A stretch of 64,000 bases of DNA from the IMG/VR virus record IMGVR_UViG_3300010883_027240, positions 6,843 to 70,842 of that record. One strand, 5' to 3'. The stretch's first letter is position 1; every line of letters begins with the position of its first letter. The notes under the pieces were generated by a model, which saw only the letters and a program-made list of their open reading frames with translations, did not search any database and was not told the origin of the DNA. Positions 47,684 to 56,326 of this stretch are shown piece after piece. Source of the stretch: a virus. The position numbers were made by a program, and so were the translations under genes.

Positions 47684-50080
47684 ATGTCATTTGTCAAGCT
47701 TGACAAAAAAAATTCAGAATATACTTCTCTGATTCTTCGACCAAGTAATCACTTTATTTCATCATCGAAGGGCGGAGGGGTTACTGGATCACAGTATGTG
47801 AGCCCAGTTAGATCTAAGTGTATAAAACAAGTAATTGATTGGTCTGCGGCGGCTCATAATCTTGCCGATGACGCCAGTGACGGCGATTCTAATATTAGTC
47901 AATTTAATATAGACAATGTAATAAGAGCATTAGCGCTAGAAACAGCGCTTGCATTAAAAAAAGCAGGAAATACGAATATTAGTAATGCAATGGATACTTA
48001 TCTTTCTTTAATCGATGAAGCACCAAAAGATGTTAGGTTTGATAAACAGTTAGATATTTTTAGATTTGACATGCCTTTCAAGTACACAAAAAATACTACT
48101 ATCAAGAATGTTGTTAGAAATGTATTGATGCCTTACCACGAACACAAGTATGAGAATTGCGGTTTTCACTATACAAACTATCATACATTAAATTTCTTCG
48201 ATAATACTGATAAGATTACAACAGGTTCTAGTATTTTATATCCTAATATTAGCGGATCATATAATTTACCTGATGACTTTACAATTAACTTTTGGATTAA
48301 CCCAAGATACTCAACAGCGGCAAGAGATTATAGAGCTGGAACAATTCTTCATATGTCTTCTTCCATTTGTATTTCAATAGTATCAGGTTCTACTGTTGAT
48401 AAAGATGGCGCAGAAGATACGTTTAAAATACTTTTGCAGCTGAGTTCTAGTGCTGATAAGGCTCCGTCGACTATAGATCTACAAAGCCCGGCAAGTTCGG
48501 CACCAAATGATTTAATTTTTACATCTTCTAATTTGCTCAACAAGAATAGCTGGCATAATGTTTACATTACATGGTCAAAAATTAATCAAAACGGAACAGG
48601 CTCATTGTTCGTAGATGATATTGAGACAACTTTCGAAGCGCCTCACAACTCACTATCATCTTCAATAAAGCACTCAGCAATTGTTTTAGGTAATTATTTT
48701 GATGCTAACTATGTAACATTAGGTAAGCTTGTAGGAGATTCTTACTCGTCAAACGAGGGTTTTGTACCAGAGTCTTCTGGGTTGGGAACAGTAACACCTG
48801 GTGCTAATGTATTTTCTCATCCTCTCAATGCAGAAATTCATGATATTAGAATTTACAGTAAGATTATTAATAAAAAATTAAAAGCAAATAGAGAGATTAC
48901 AGCTGTGAGCCCTAAAAGACTTGATAATTTAATTTTTTATGTACCGCCCTACTTTTATCCCTCATCATCAAATAGACAAGTACTTGTAACACCGTTTCAA
49001 ACCATTAGCAGTACAACAAATGATCCGTTCAATGTACAATATTCATTTGGTGTAGGCGGAAAAATGATAAATCTAGAAAACTTTACACTAGATTTTGTTA
49101 ATATGAGACAACCCAGACTGCTCGAGTTAACACCTAATACGATTAATTCAACAATACAAAATATTACTGCAGATGAATTTACATACGGGTCAATTTCTGA
49201 AGCAAAATTGATAACAGCAGGACACCCGGTTAATCATAATTTGTATCATGGGTTGAAAAGAAATTTCACAATTTTGCCAAATGATAATGGACTACACAGA
49301 CCACAATATGATATTTTACAAAACTCAGCAATGTCAAGCAGCGCAATGTTTCAAAAGAGAAATAAAGTATCAGACTTTTCAATTATAAGTCTAAATAATT
49401 TAATTCCAACTGCTTCACTATATCCAGGCCTAGTATTTGTAACAGGGTCTATTTTTCAAGATATATGTGGAACTGCACCAGAAAATCCGGGCGTCGCGCC
49501 AGGATCGGTATTAACAATTGCGCAAAGAACAAGAGACGTAAGTTCTAATGAAATATCTATAATTGATATATCAAATATTTATTATGGGTCAAAAGTACAT
49601 CCAACGTCAATCGTGGCTTATGAAGAAAATCTAACTGGATCAAGCGGAGATATAAGCATTACTTTGAAAGATAATGGCCGCGGAGGATTGTTTAGGGCAG
49701 ACTGTCTTACAAAACAAGCTGACTGGAACAATGTGGGAAATGTGCTTTATGAAGATGGGGTGGTTGTAATAAAGACACCACACTTATTCTTTTATGGAAA
49801 AGATAAGTTAGACTTGAAATTTAGAGGAGAGCAAAGCTTACATAGTATGATCTTGAACATACCTTGCCCTATGAATAAGTTTATGTCATCATCTAATAAA
49901 ACATATCAAAAAATTAAACCTGACAATACGCTAAGCAATAAAGGTCTTACAGCTATTTATGTTTCAAATATCAACATACATGATGAAAACTTAAATGTTA
50001 TTATGAAAGCAAATCTATCCCAACCGATCCAAAAGACAGAAGAAGATGAGTTTATTATAAGACTTAAGCAGGATTTTTAG
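47684..50080 (+). CDS. Virion structural protein with a LamG-like domain; C-terminus paralogous to 46495..47673
   Basis: FTINFWINP, WHNVYITW and IHDIRIYSK; ends SNINIHDENLNVIMKANLSQPIQK...RLKQDF. Confidence 0.7.
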   Translation: MSFVKLDKKNSEYTSLILRPSNHFISSSKGGGVTGSQYVSPVRSKCIKQVIDWSAAAHNLADDASDGDSNISQFNIDNVIRALALETALALKKAGNTNISNAMDTYLSLIDEAPKDVRFDKQLDIFRFDMPFKYTKNTTIKNVVRNVLMPYHEHKYENCGFHYTNYHTLNFFDNTDKITTGSSILYPNISGSYNLPDDFTINFWINPRYSTAARDYRAGTILHMSSSICISIVSGSTVDKDGAEDTFKILLQLSSSADKAPSTIDLQSPASSAPNDLIFTSSNLLNKNSWHNVYITWSKINQNGTGSLFVDDIETTFEAPHNSLSSSIKHSAIVLGNYFDANYVTLGKLVGDSYSSNEGFVPESSGLGTVTPGANVFSHPLNAEIHDIRIYSKIINKKLKANREITAVSPKRLDNLIFYVPPYFYPSSSNRQVLVTPFQTISSTTNDPFNVQYSFGVGGKMINLENFTLDFVNMRQPRLLELTPNTINSTIQNITADEFTYGSISEAKLITAGHPVNHNLYHGLKRNFTILPNDNGLHRPQYDILQNSAMSSSAMFQKRNKVSDFSIISLNNLIPTASLYPGLVFVTGSIFQDICGTAPENPGVAPGSVLTIAQRTRDVSSNEISIIDISNIYYGSKVHPTSIVAYEENLTGSSGDISITLKDNGRGGLFRADCLTKQADWNNVGNVLYEDGVVVIKTPHLFFYGKDKLDLKFRGEQSLHSMILNIPCPMNKFMSSSNKTYQKIKPDNTLSNKGLTAIYVSNINIHDENLNVIMKANLSQPIQKTEEDEFIIRLKQDF

Positions 50081-50637
50081 TGATACTTGGAATTGACATA
50101 TCTACAAGCTGTACTGGATTCTGTGTCATGAATGAAAAGGGTGAAGTTGTTGACTTTTCTTTTGTAGACTTAAAGAAGGTTGAAAATTTTTTTGAAAAAG
50201 TAAAAAAGATAAAGTTTCATATGACACATATCATAGTGAATTATCATATTAGCGAGATTGCAGTAGAAGAATTTTTACAAGCGTTTAGAACGGGATTTTC
50301 TTCTGCATCTACACTTTTTAAATTAGCAAAATTTAATGGAATAATACAGTGGTTGTGCTTTGATCACTTTGATATTGAAGTAAGTAGCTTGAATGTTAAC
50401 ACAGCTAGAAAGCTTGCGGGTATAAAGATTGATAGAAAGTCAGACAAAACAACAAAAGATCAAGTACTTGAACAGGTTAGTAAAGATATCGGTGACGTAT
50501 ACAAGTGGCCAACAAAGGTTTTAAAGTCAGGTCCTAGAAAAGGTCAGACAATTATTGATAAAAATAGCTATGATATGGCAGATGCATTTGTAATAGCAAA
50601 AGCACGATGGGTTGAAAAAACACAATTAATTGATTAA
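50080..50637 (+). CDS. ruvC: RuvC-like Holliday junction resolvase
   Basis: ILGIDISTSCTG, IAVEE and YDMADAFVIA provide the RNase H-fold acidic residues. Confidence 0.85.
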   Translation: MILGIDISTSCTGFCVMNEKGEVVDFSFVDLKKVENFFEKVKKIKFHMTHIIVNYHISEIAVEEFLQAFRTGFSSASTLFKLAKFNGIIQWLCFDHFDIEVSSLNVNTARKLAGIKIDRKSDKTTKDQVLEQVSKDIGDVYKWPTKVLKSGPRKGQTIIDKNSYDMADAFVIAKARWVEKTQLID

Positions 50638-50640
50638 TAT
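50612..50640 (+). promoter_or_regulatory. Candidate sigma70-like promoter for primase
   Basis: TTGAAA-N17-TAATAT ending 9 nt before the ATG at 50650. Confidence 0.35.
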
Positions 50641-50649
50641 TCACTGTAG

Positions 50650-51615
50650 ATGAGCATTATCACAACAAAAGAAAAGATTGACACAATTGCAGCAATCTTT
50701 GGAGAAGTTCAACAGTCAAGTGACTGTAAAAACATTTCAACATACTGCCCAGTTTGCGCAAAGTCTAGCAAAACAAAAAAGAAAAGAAAGTTATCAATAT
50801 CACTTGAGACAGGTGTCTTTCACTGTTGGGTCTGTGAATCAAAAGGAAGAAATGTTTATTCTTTTGCTAAAAAAAATTGCATAAAAAGTAGCGACATAGA
50901 TAGGCTAAAAGCAATATTTGGAAACATAGACACAAATAAAAATAAAGAAGAAGAAACATACGCAAGGCTTCCAGACGACTTTAAACTCTTATCACTTACT
51001 AATTCTAGAATCTCTAAAATGATCAAAAGATATCTGAGAAATAGAGGCCTTACTGATGACGACCTGCTAAAGTACAAAGCAGGCTTTAGTGAAAAAAGAG
51101 AATTCAAAGATAGCGTAATATTTCCATCTTTTGATGACAAGCTTTGTTTAAATTATTACCTTGCAAGGGTCATAAGAAAAGATGCATATATCAAATATAA
51201 GAATTGTGGTGTATCAAAGAAAGATATTATTTTTAATGAAAATACAATCAACTGGAAAAATGAAGTAATTCTAGTAGAAGGTATATTTGATGCAATAAAA
51301 ATCGGAGATAATGCTATTCCAATACTGGGTAGCTGGATAGACGAAGACTACTATTTGTTTCAAAAAATAATTCAAGAAAATGCCAGTGTTATCATTTGTT
51401 TAGACTTAGATGCAAGAAAAAAGCAAATTAAACTTTTAAGAAAATTCTATGAATATGGAATAGAAGTAAAAACAGTGGACTTAGAATCAGATAAAGATAT
51501 AGGCGACTTTTCTAAAAAAGAAGTATTTGATATTATAAGTCAAGCTAAACGTTTTGACAATACACAGAGAATGAGATACTTAATAAGCGGAATTAAATCA
51601 GGGTCCGTTTTTTAA
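50650..51615 (+). CDS. DNA primase (zinc-binding domain + TOPRIM)
   Basis: CPVC...FHCWVC, YLRNRGL, LVEGIFDA, LDLDA and KDIGD. Confidence 0.92.
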   Translation: MSIITTKEKIDTIAAIFGEVQQSSDCKNISTYCPVCAKSSKTKKKRKLSISLETGVFHCWVCESKGRNVYSFAKKNCIKSSDIDRLKAIFGNIDTNKNKEEETYARLPDDFKLLSLTNSRISKMIKRYLRNRGLTDDDLLKYKAGFSEKREFKDSVIFPSFDDKLCLNYYLARVIRKDAYIKYKNCGVSKKDIIFNENTINWKNEVILVEGIFDAIKIGDNAIPILGSWIDEDYYLFQKIIQENASVIICLDLDARKKQIKLLRKFYEYGIEVKTVDLESDKDIGDFSKKEVFDIISQAKRFDNTQRMRYLISGIKSGSVF

Positions 51616-51625
51616 GAGGAACCAT

Positions 51626-52168
51626 ATGAAATTTAAAAAAGAAGCATTTAGAAAGATGATTAAAAATGAAATCAGGAAACTGCTAGATGATGACATGATA
51701 AGAGAACCACCCGTTGTCGGCGATCCTAATTTTCTAGCATATGCTTCTAGAGAAAAAACTTGCAAAGATTGCGGGAAATCACCTTGCACATGCCAAGATG
51801 ACCCATCTATATGCGGATCTTGTCGTGTTAATCCTTGCGAGTGCGGATATGCAGACATCATGGAACAAAAACTAACTTGTACGGCTTGCGGCGGCATTCT
51901 ATTTTTAGAAGGCGACTGCGGCTGTAAAAAACAAGTATCGATGTTTACGCCGCACGATGCTGAAGAAGATGATAACGATGCGCCTATTGCTTATATGGCA
52001 AAGTCCCAGTTGATGAAAATTACAAAATATTCACAAAAGCTTCAACACATGATACACGATGATCATAATTTAGACGATTGGATGAGAAGCCATATTGCTC
52101 AAGCTGCAGATGATATTGGTGAAGTTTATCACAAATTAGATTATCAGTTTTCAATCGAAGAAGACTAA
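51626..52168 (+). CDS. Cys-rich small protein, possibly head-associated
   Basis: Repeated CxxC...CxC motifs, an amphipathic N-terminus and a helical C-terminal domain (YMAKSQL...LDDW). Confidence 0.65.
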   Translation: MKFKKEAFRKMIKNEIRKLLDDDMIREPPVVGDPNFLAYASREKTCKDCGKSPCTCQDDPSICGSCRVNPCECGYADIMEQKLTCTACGGILFLEGDCGCKKQVSMFTPHDAEEDDNDAPIAYMAKSQLMKITKYSQKLQHMIHDDHNLDDWMRSHIAQAADDIGEVYHKLDYQFSIEED

Positions 52169-52186
52169 ACTATAAAGGATTGCCAA

Positions 52187-53449
52187 ATGTCTCTTTTGAA
52201 ATCTCTTTTTAACGAAACATCAGATCATGGTGTAGCAAAAAAACATTTAAAAAGAATTTCTAGAAGATATCCAGAATTAGAAGGCTTTGAAGAAGTAATT
52301 CCATCTTTAAACTATCCCAAGCAAGGGACGAGTGACTTTGAAGATGACATTAGCGAGGTAAGGAGATGTCTTAGTGACAAGTCACTAAGCGATGTTTTTT
52401 TAAAATCATCAAATACTTCAGTCGAGTCAGTTTTTAAAAAGTATCTAAAAGACAATAACTTAGATTTTAATTGGGATGTTGCTGATAGATTAGTTGAAGA
52501 TTTAGATACAGTAATCTTAAGGTTAAAATATAGTTATAACAGACAGCGACCAAAAGAATACTTTTCAAGCAATGGAGAAGCAAATCTAGATATCGTCGAT
52601 GCAACTTCGCCTTCGTTTCCAAGCGGCCATACTGCTATAGCCTTTTTGTTGTCTTCTATTATCTCAGATAAGTTTCCAGATCATAGAATGACATTACAAA
52701 CGCTGTCTGAAATGATCGGTCAGTCAAGATTAGAAAATGGGGCACACTTTCCGTCAGACATAGTTATAGGCAGATTTTTAGGTGAAGCAGCATTTGACTT
52801 TTATTTAATAAAATCAAAAGATTCTCCATCAATAAAAGATAGTCACAAAAACCTTCGATTAGAGTTTGAAAACACAGCAATGAATTCTAGATCTACAGTA
52901 GAATGTGAAAAAGCTATATCTTTATTTTGTAATGACCTGGGAGAGTTTTTAAATGATTGCACAAGAGCAAATGAAAAAGAGTGTCACGAATGTGCAAATG
53001 ATTATATGGCCGGACTTTCACCTGAGTTTGCAACAAATGATATTTCAGTAAAAAGAATCTTAGACTTTCTTGCTGAAGTTAATTTATTGAAAGATGACGA
53101 CTACTTAGGTATTGTTTCATGTCAAAAAATACTAGAAGATTCTAGCAGTGTTGTTTTTAGAAATCAAAAAAAGAATAGTAAACTAGGCGTTTCTCACCCA
53201 GACCCAGAAAATATTTTACCGATGATAAAAAAGTGCTTTGAAATAGATCAAAGACCTTATATAAAATTCTTATTAATAAACTTTATCAAACCTTTTTCGA
53301 ATGGTAATAAAAGATTTTCTAAGGCAATTCTTGCTAAAGACTTGGAATACAATTTTGATATTGTAAATCAACTTTTAGATAGAGACATAGATACAGAAGT
53401 TTCACTTCTTTGTGAATCATATGATATTAATATCTTGTTATCTTCGTAG
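52187..53449 (+). CDS. PAP2-family phosphatase fused to a degenerate Fic/Doc-like domain
   Basis: PAP2 motifs KYSYNRQRP, PSGH and SRLENGAHFPSD; C-terminal IKPFSNGNKRFSK. Confidence 0.75.
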   Translation: MSLLKSLFNETSDHGVAKKHLKRISRRYPELEGFEEVIPSLNYPKQGTSDFEDDISEVRRCLSDKSLSDVFLKSSNTSVESVFKKYLKDNNLDFNWDVADRLVEDLDTVILRLKYSYNRQRPKEYFSSNGEANLDIVDATSPSFPSGHTAIAFLLSSIISDKFPDHRMTLQTLSEMIGQSRLENGAHFPSDIVIGRFLGEAAFDFYLIKSKDSPSIKDSHKNLRLEFENTAMNSRSTVECEKAISLFCNDLGEFLNDCTRANEKECHECANDYMAGLSPEFATNDISVKRILDFLAEVNLLKDDDYLGIVSCQKILEDSSSVVFRNQKKNSKLGVSHPDPENILPMIKKCFEIDQRPYIKFLLINFIKPFSNGNKRFSKAILAKDLEYNFDIVNQLLDRDIDTEVSLLCESYDINILLSS

Positions 53450-53456
53450 CGGACTC

Positions 53457-53485
53457 GTGTAATTGATTTTTTCTTGTATTATACT
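53457..53485 (+). promoter_or_regulatory. Candidate early promoter
   Basis: GTGTAA-N17-TATACT in an intergenic gap; a near-twin lies at 53966. Confidence 0.5.
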
Positions 53486-53503
53486 ACACTTAAGAGGTGA
53501 TAA

Positions 53504-53962
53504 GTGGCCAATACGAAAATTCCAAATTCAAAGTTAAGTGATATTAGGCAAAAGTACAATAAAGCCAAGAACGATGCATTTGTTGAGGATACTGAAAATG
53601 ACAAAGACACCACACTTAAAACATTAGAAGTCATAAAAGAAATTGCACGAGATAATAAAATTAACGAAACAGGCTTATCTCCAAAAGAAATGGCTGCCAA
53701 CAAAAAAGAAGAATTAGCAAGTATAAAAAGAAGTTATAAGTCTGATAAGAAAATTGAAGCAAAATGGAATTTTGAAGTAGGTGATCTTGTCGAATTTCAA
53801 GATAAGAGTAACTCTACAAAACATATAGGTATAGTTGTTGACTTGATGCTGAAGGACAAGCACAACTCTAGAAATAGCGCTAAAAAAGCAGGTCAAGCAC
53901 TGGTTTTTTCATCGGCCGGCCGCATCTGGAAAAATCCTGCCGCATTAAGAAGAATTGATTAA
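53504..53962 (+). CDS. Hypothetical protein with a C-terminal KOW/SH3-like domain
   Basis: FEVGDLVEF...IGIVVD; GAGGTGA RBS and GTG start. Confidence 0.65.
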   Translation: MANTKIPNSKLSDIRQKYNKAKNDAFVEDTENDKDTTLKTLEVIKEIARDNKINETGLSPKEMAANKKEELASIKRSYKSDKKIEAKWNFEVGDLVEFQDKSNSTKHIGIVVDLMLKDKHNSRNSAKKAGQALVFSSAGRIWKNPAALRRID

Positions 53963-53965
53963 TTC

Positions 53966-53994
53966 GTGCAAATTAAAAAATTATATTTTATTAT
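53966..53994 (+). promoter_or_regulatory. Candidate early promoter
   Basis: GTGCAA-N17-TATTAT in the intergenic gap upstream of the AAA gene. Confidence 0.5.
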
Positions 53995-54023
53995 AAACTG
54001 AAACTTACAGGAGCTAGCAAAAA

Positions 54024-55076
54024 TTGGATACTAAAACTTTTATTAATGTTGCAAAAAACTTACCTTCACACATTTCTATACTCGCAAAAGGCGAAACTGG
54101 AATAGGGAAATCAGATATATTTAAGCAGATAAGCAAAACGCTGGGTTTAGATGTTATTGATAGAAGGCTTTCTCAAATGCAAGAAGGTGATCTAATTGGT
54201 CTACCTGAGCTTGTCGACGGCGTTACAAGATTCGCGCCGCCCGATTGGTATATGAGAGCATGCAGGGAGCCAGTCGTCGTTTTTCTTGATGAATTAAATA
54301 GAGCTGTTCCAGAACTTCAACAATGTGCATTTCAAATCATTCTCGATAGAGAGCTGAATGGTCATAAATTGCACCCAGACACTAGAGTCTATGCAGCTGT
54401 AAATGAAGGCAGAGACTTCCAGGTGAACGAAATGGACCCAGCATTACTAAGAAGATTTTTTGTTGTTGATTTAGAACCTACAACAGAAGACTGGCTAGCC
54501 TGGGCAGCTACAGCAAAAATTGATGATACAATGATTGCGTTTATTAAAAAGTACCCAGCACATCTTAAGCACGATGGGTCTAGACACCCTGGCCAAGTCT
54601 ATCCTTACCCAGCTTCTTGGCATCGCCTAGATACTTCTCTTAAATATGCAGAGATATCGCCTTCAAAATATGCAGGATCAAGACCTCCAGACATGATGTT
54701 TTCGATGGCTTCAGGGTTCGTTGGTGAAGTTACAGCAATTGCATTTATAGATTTTGTTAAAAATTATATAACTAGATTCAATGCAGAAGATGTATTAGAT
54801 AGATTTGATGAAAATAAAGAAGCATTAGAAGCACTTTCAAGTGATAAGCGAAATGATATTCTATCTCAAGTTATAACTTTTTGTGAAACAAATACTCTTA
54901 TTCTTGACCAGGCAAAAAATTTAGATCTTTTTCTAGATATTTGTGGTGATGAACCTCTTGTTAATTTTATAAACTCTTTGATGTCAACAAAACATAGAGA
55001 TAATATCAAGATTGTTCACAAGTTAGTTGGACAAAAAGTTGTTGCAGCAGTAAGCGCATCAATGAAAATAAAATGA
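54024..55076 (+). CDS. MoxR/dynein-related AAA+ ATPase
   Basis: Walker A GETGIGKS, DLIGLP, Walker B VFLDELNRA and MDPALLRRF; TTG start after AGGAG. Confidence 0.92.
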   Translation: MDTKTFINVAKNLPSHISILAKGETGIGKSDIFKQISKTLGLDVIDRRLSQMQEGDLIGLPELVDGVTRFAPPDWYMRACREPVVVFLDELNRAVPELQQCAFQIILDRELNGHKLHPDTRVYAAVNEGRDFQVNEMDPALLRRFFVVDLEPTTEDWLAWAATAKIDDTMIAFIKKYPAHLKHDGSRHPGQVYPYPASWHRLDTSLKYAEISPSKYAGSRPPDMMFSMASGFVGEVTAIAFIDFVKNYITRFNAEDVLDRFDENKEALEALSSDKRNDILSQVITFCETNTLILDQAKNLDLFLDICGDEPLVNFINSLMSTKHRDNIKIVHKLVGQKVVAAVSASMKIK

Positions 55077-56320
55077 AAATAGAAGATAACAAAAATCATA
55101 TTTCTGAAAAAAGATTTGATAGTATTTTATTAAAGTTTCTAATAGATGAACCTTTCTTTGCTACAATAGTTAGGTCATTTTCTAAACATAGGACAAGAGA
55201 AATTCCGACAGCAGGCGTTATGTGTTCAGAAGAAGAAATAAATCTTTTTTGGAATCCTGATTTTTTAAGTGAATTAGAAGTAAAAGAAGTCTTTGGATTA
55301 TTAAAACATGAGTGTTATCATTTAATTTTTGGTCATATAACTTCTAGAAAGCAAGAGCCACACGTTTTGTGGAATATTGCAACTGACTTAGCAATCAATA
55401 GCTTGATACCGATATCTGAGCTTCCAAAGTCAGGATTAATACCTGGAATACGACCTGAGATTGAAATTAATAAAGATGCTAAAATTTCCCAAGAAAGAAT
55501 GAAAAAAATTGAAAATCTTGCTGATTTTATTGAAAGTCTACCCACAAGAAAAGCATCTGAGTGGTATATGCATCAAATTAAAAATAACAAAGAGATTGCA
55601 AAAGACTTTGAAGATCTTTATGGTACAAAATCTGTCGTAACGCTTGATGAACATATGGATTCTGACCTTTCTGAAGTTGATGCAAAAATTACAAATGCAA
55701 AAGTTGAAAAAATTCTTAAAGATGCAAGAAAGATTGGAAGACAAAGAGGGTTTGGCTCTTTAGACGTAGGGACTAAGACTCTAATTGATGAAAAACTATC
55801 TGTAAGGGTTGATTGGAAAAAAGCCTTGTCATACTTCTGCGGAACTAAGCAAAGAGCAAATAAGTCAAGAACATTTAGGAGAATCAATAAGAAGTATCCT
55901 TATATACATGCAGGAACAAAAAAGAGAAAGACTTCAAGCTTAGCTGTTTATATTGATGAGAGCGGAAGTGTTAGAGACGACGAAGTTGTAAAGTTCTTTA
56001 AAGCTTTAGAAAAATTATCGTCAACTCATTCTTTTACTGTTTATCCTTTTGATTCAAAAGTTTCTGAAGATAAAAGCTTTGTTTGGAAAAAAGGAGAAAA
56101 GGTTAAGCTAGTTAGGCACATGTGCGGCGGAACAAGTTTTCACGCAGTAGAAAAGCACTATAGAAAAGTCTCTAAAAACTACGATGGGTACATTGTTATG
56201 ACAGACGGAGGCGCTGACAAACCAAAAACTTGTATTTCTAAGAGATGTTGGGTATTATTACCAGATACGCTGTTAGCATTTCTGCCAGATAAAAGAGACA
56301 CTATTGTCAAGATGAGATAA
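55073..56320 (+). CDS. Metallopeptidase-like (HExxH) plus VWA domain protein
   Basis: LKHECYHLIFGH, WNIATDLAIN, MIDAS motif YIDESGSV, GGTSF and MTDG. Confidence 0.9.
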   Translation: MKIEDNKNHISEKRFDSILLKFLIDEPFFATIVRSFSKHRTREIPTAGVMCSEEEINLFWNPDFLSELEVKEVFGLLKHECYHLIFGHITSRKQEPHVLWNIATDLAINSLIPISELPKSGLIPGIRPEIEINKDAKISQERMKKIENLADFIESLPTRKASEWYMHQIKNNKEIAKDFEDLYGTKSVVTLDEHMDSDLSEVDAKITNAKVEKILKDARKIGRQRGFGSLDVGTKTLIDEKLSVRVDWKKALSYFCGTKQRANKSRTFRRINKKYPYIHAGTKKRKTSSLAVYIDESGSVRDDEVVKFFKALEKLSSTHSFTVYPFDSKVSEDKSFVWKKGEKVKLVRHMCGGTSFHAVEKHYRKVSKNYDGYIVMTDGGADKPKTCISKRCWVLLPDTLLAFLPDKRDTIVKMR

Positions 56321-56326
56321 TATAAT

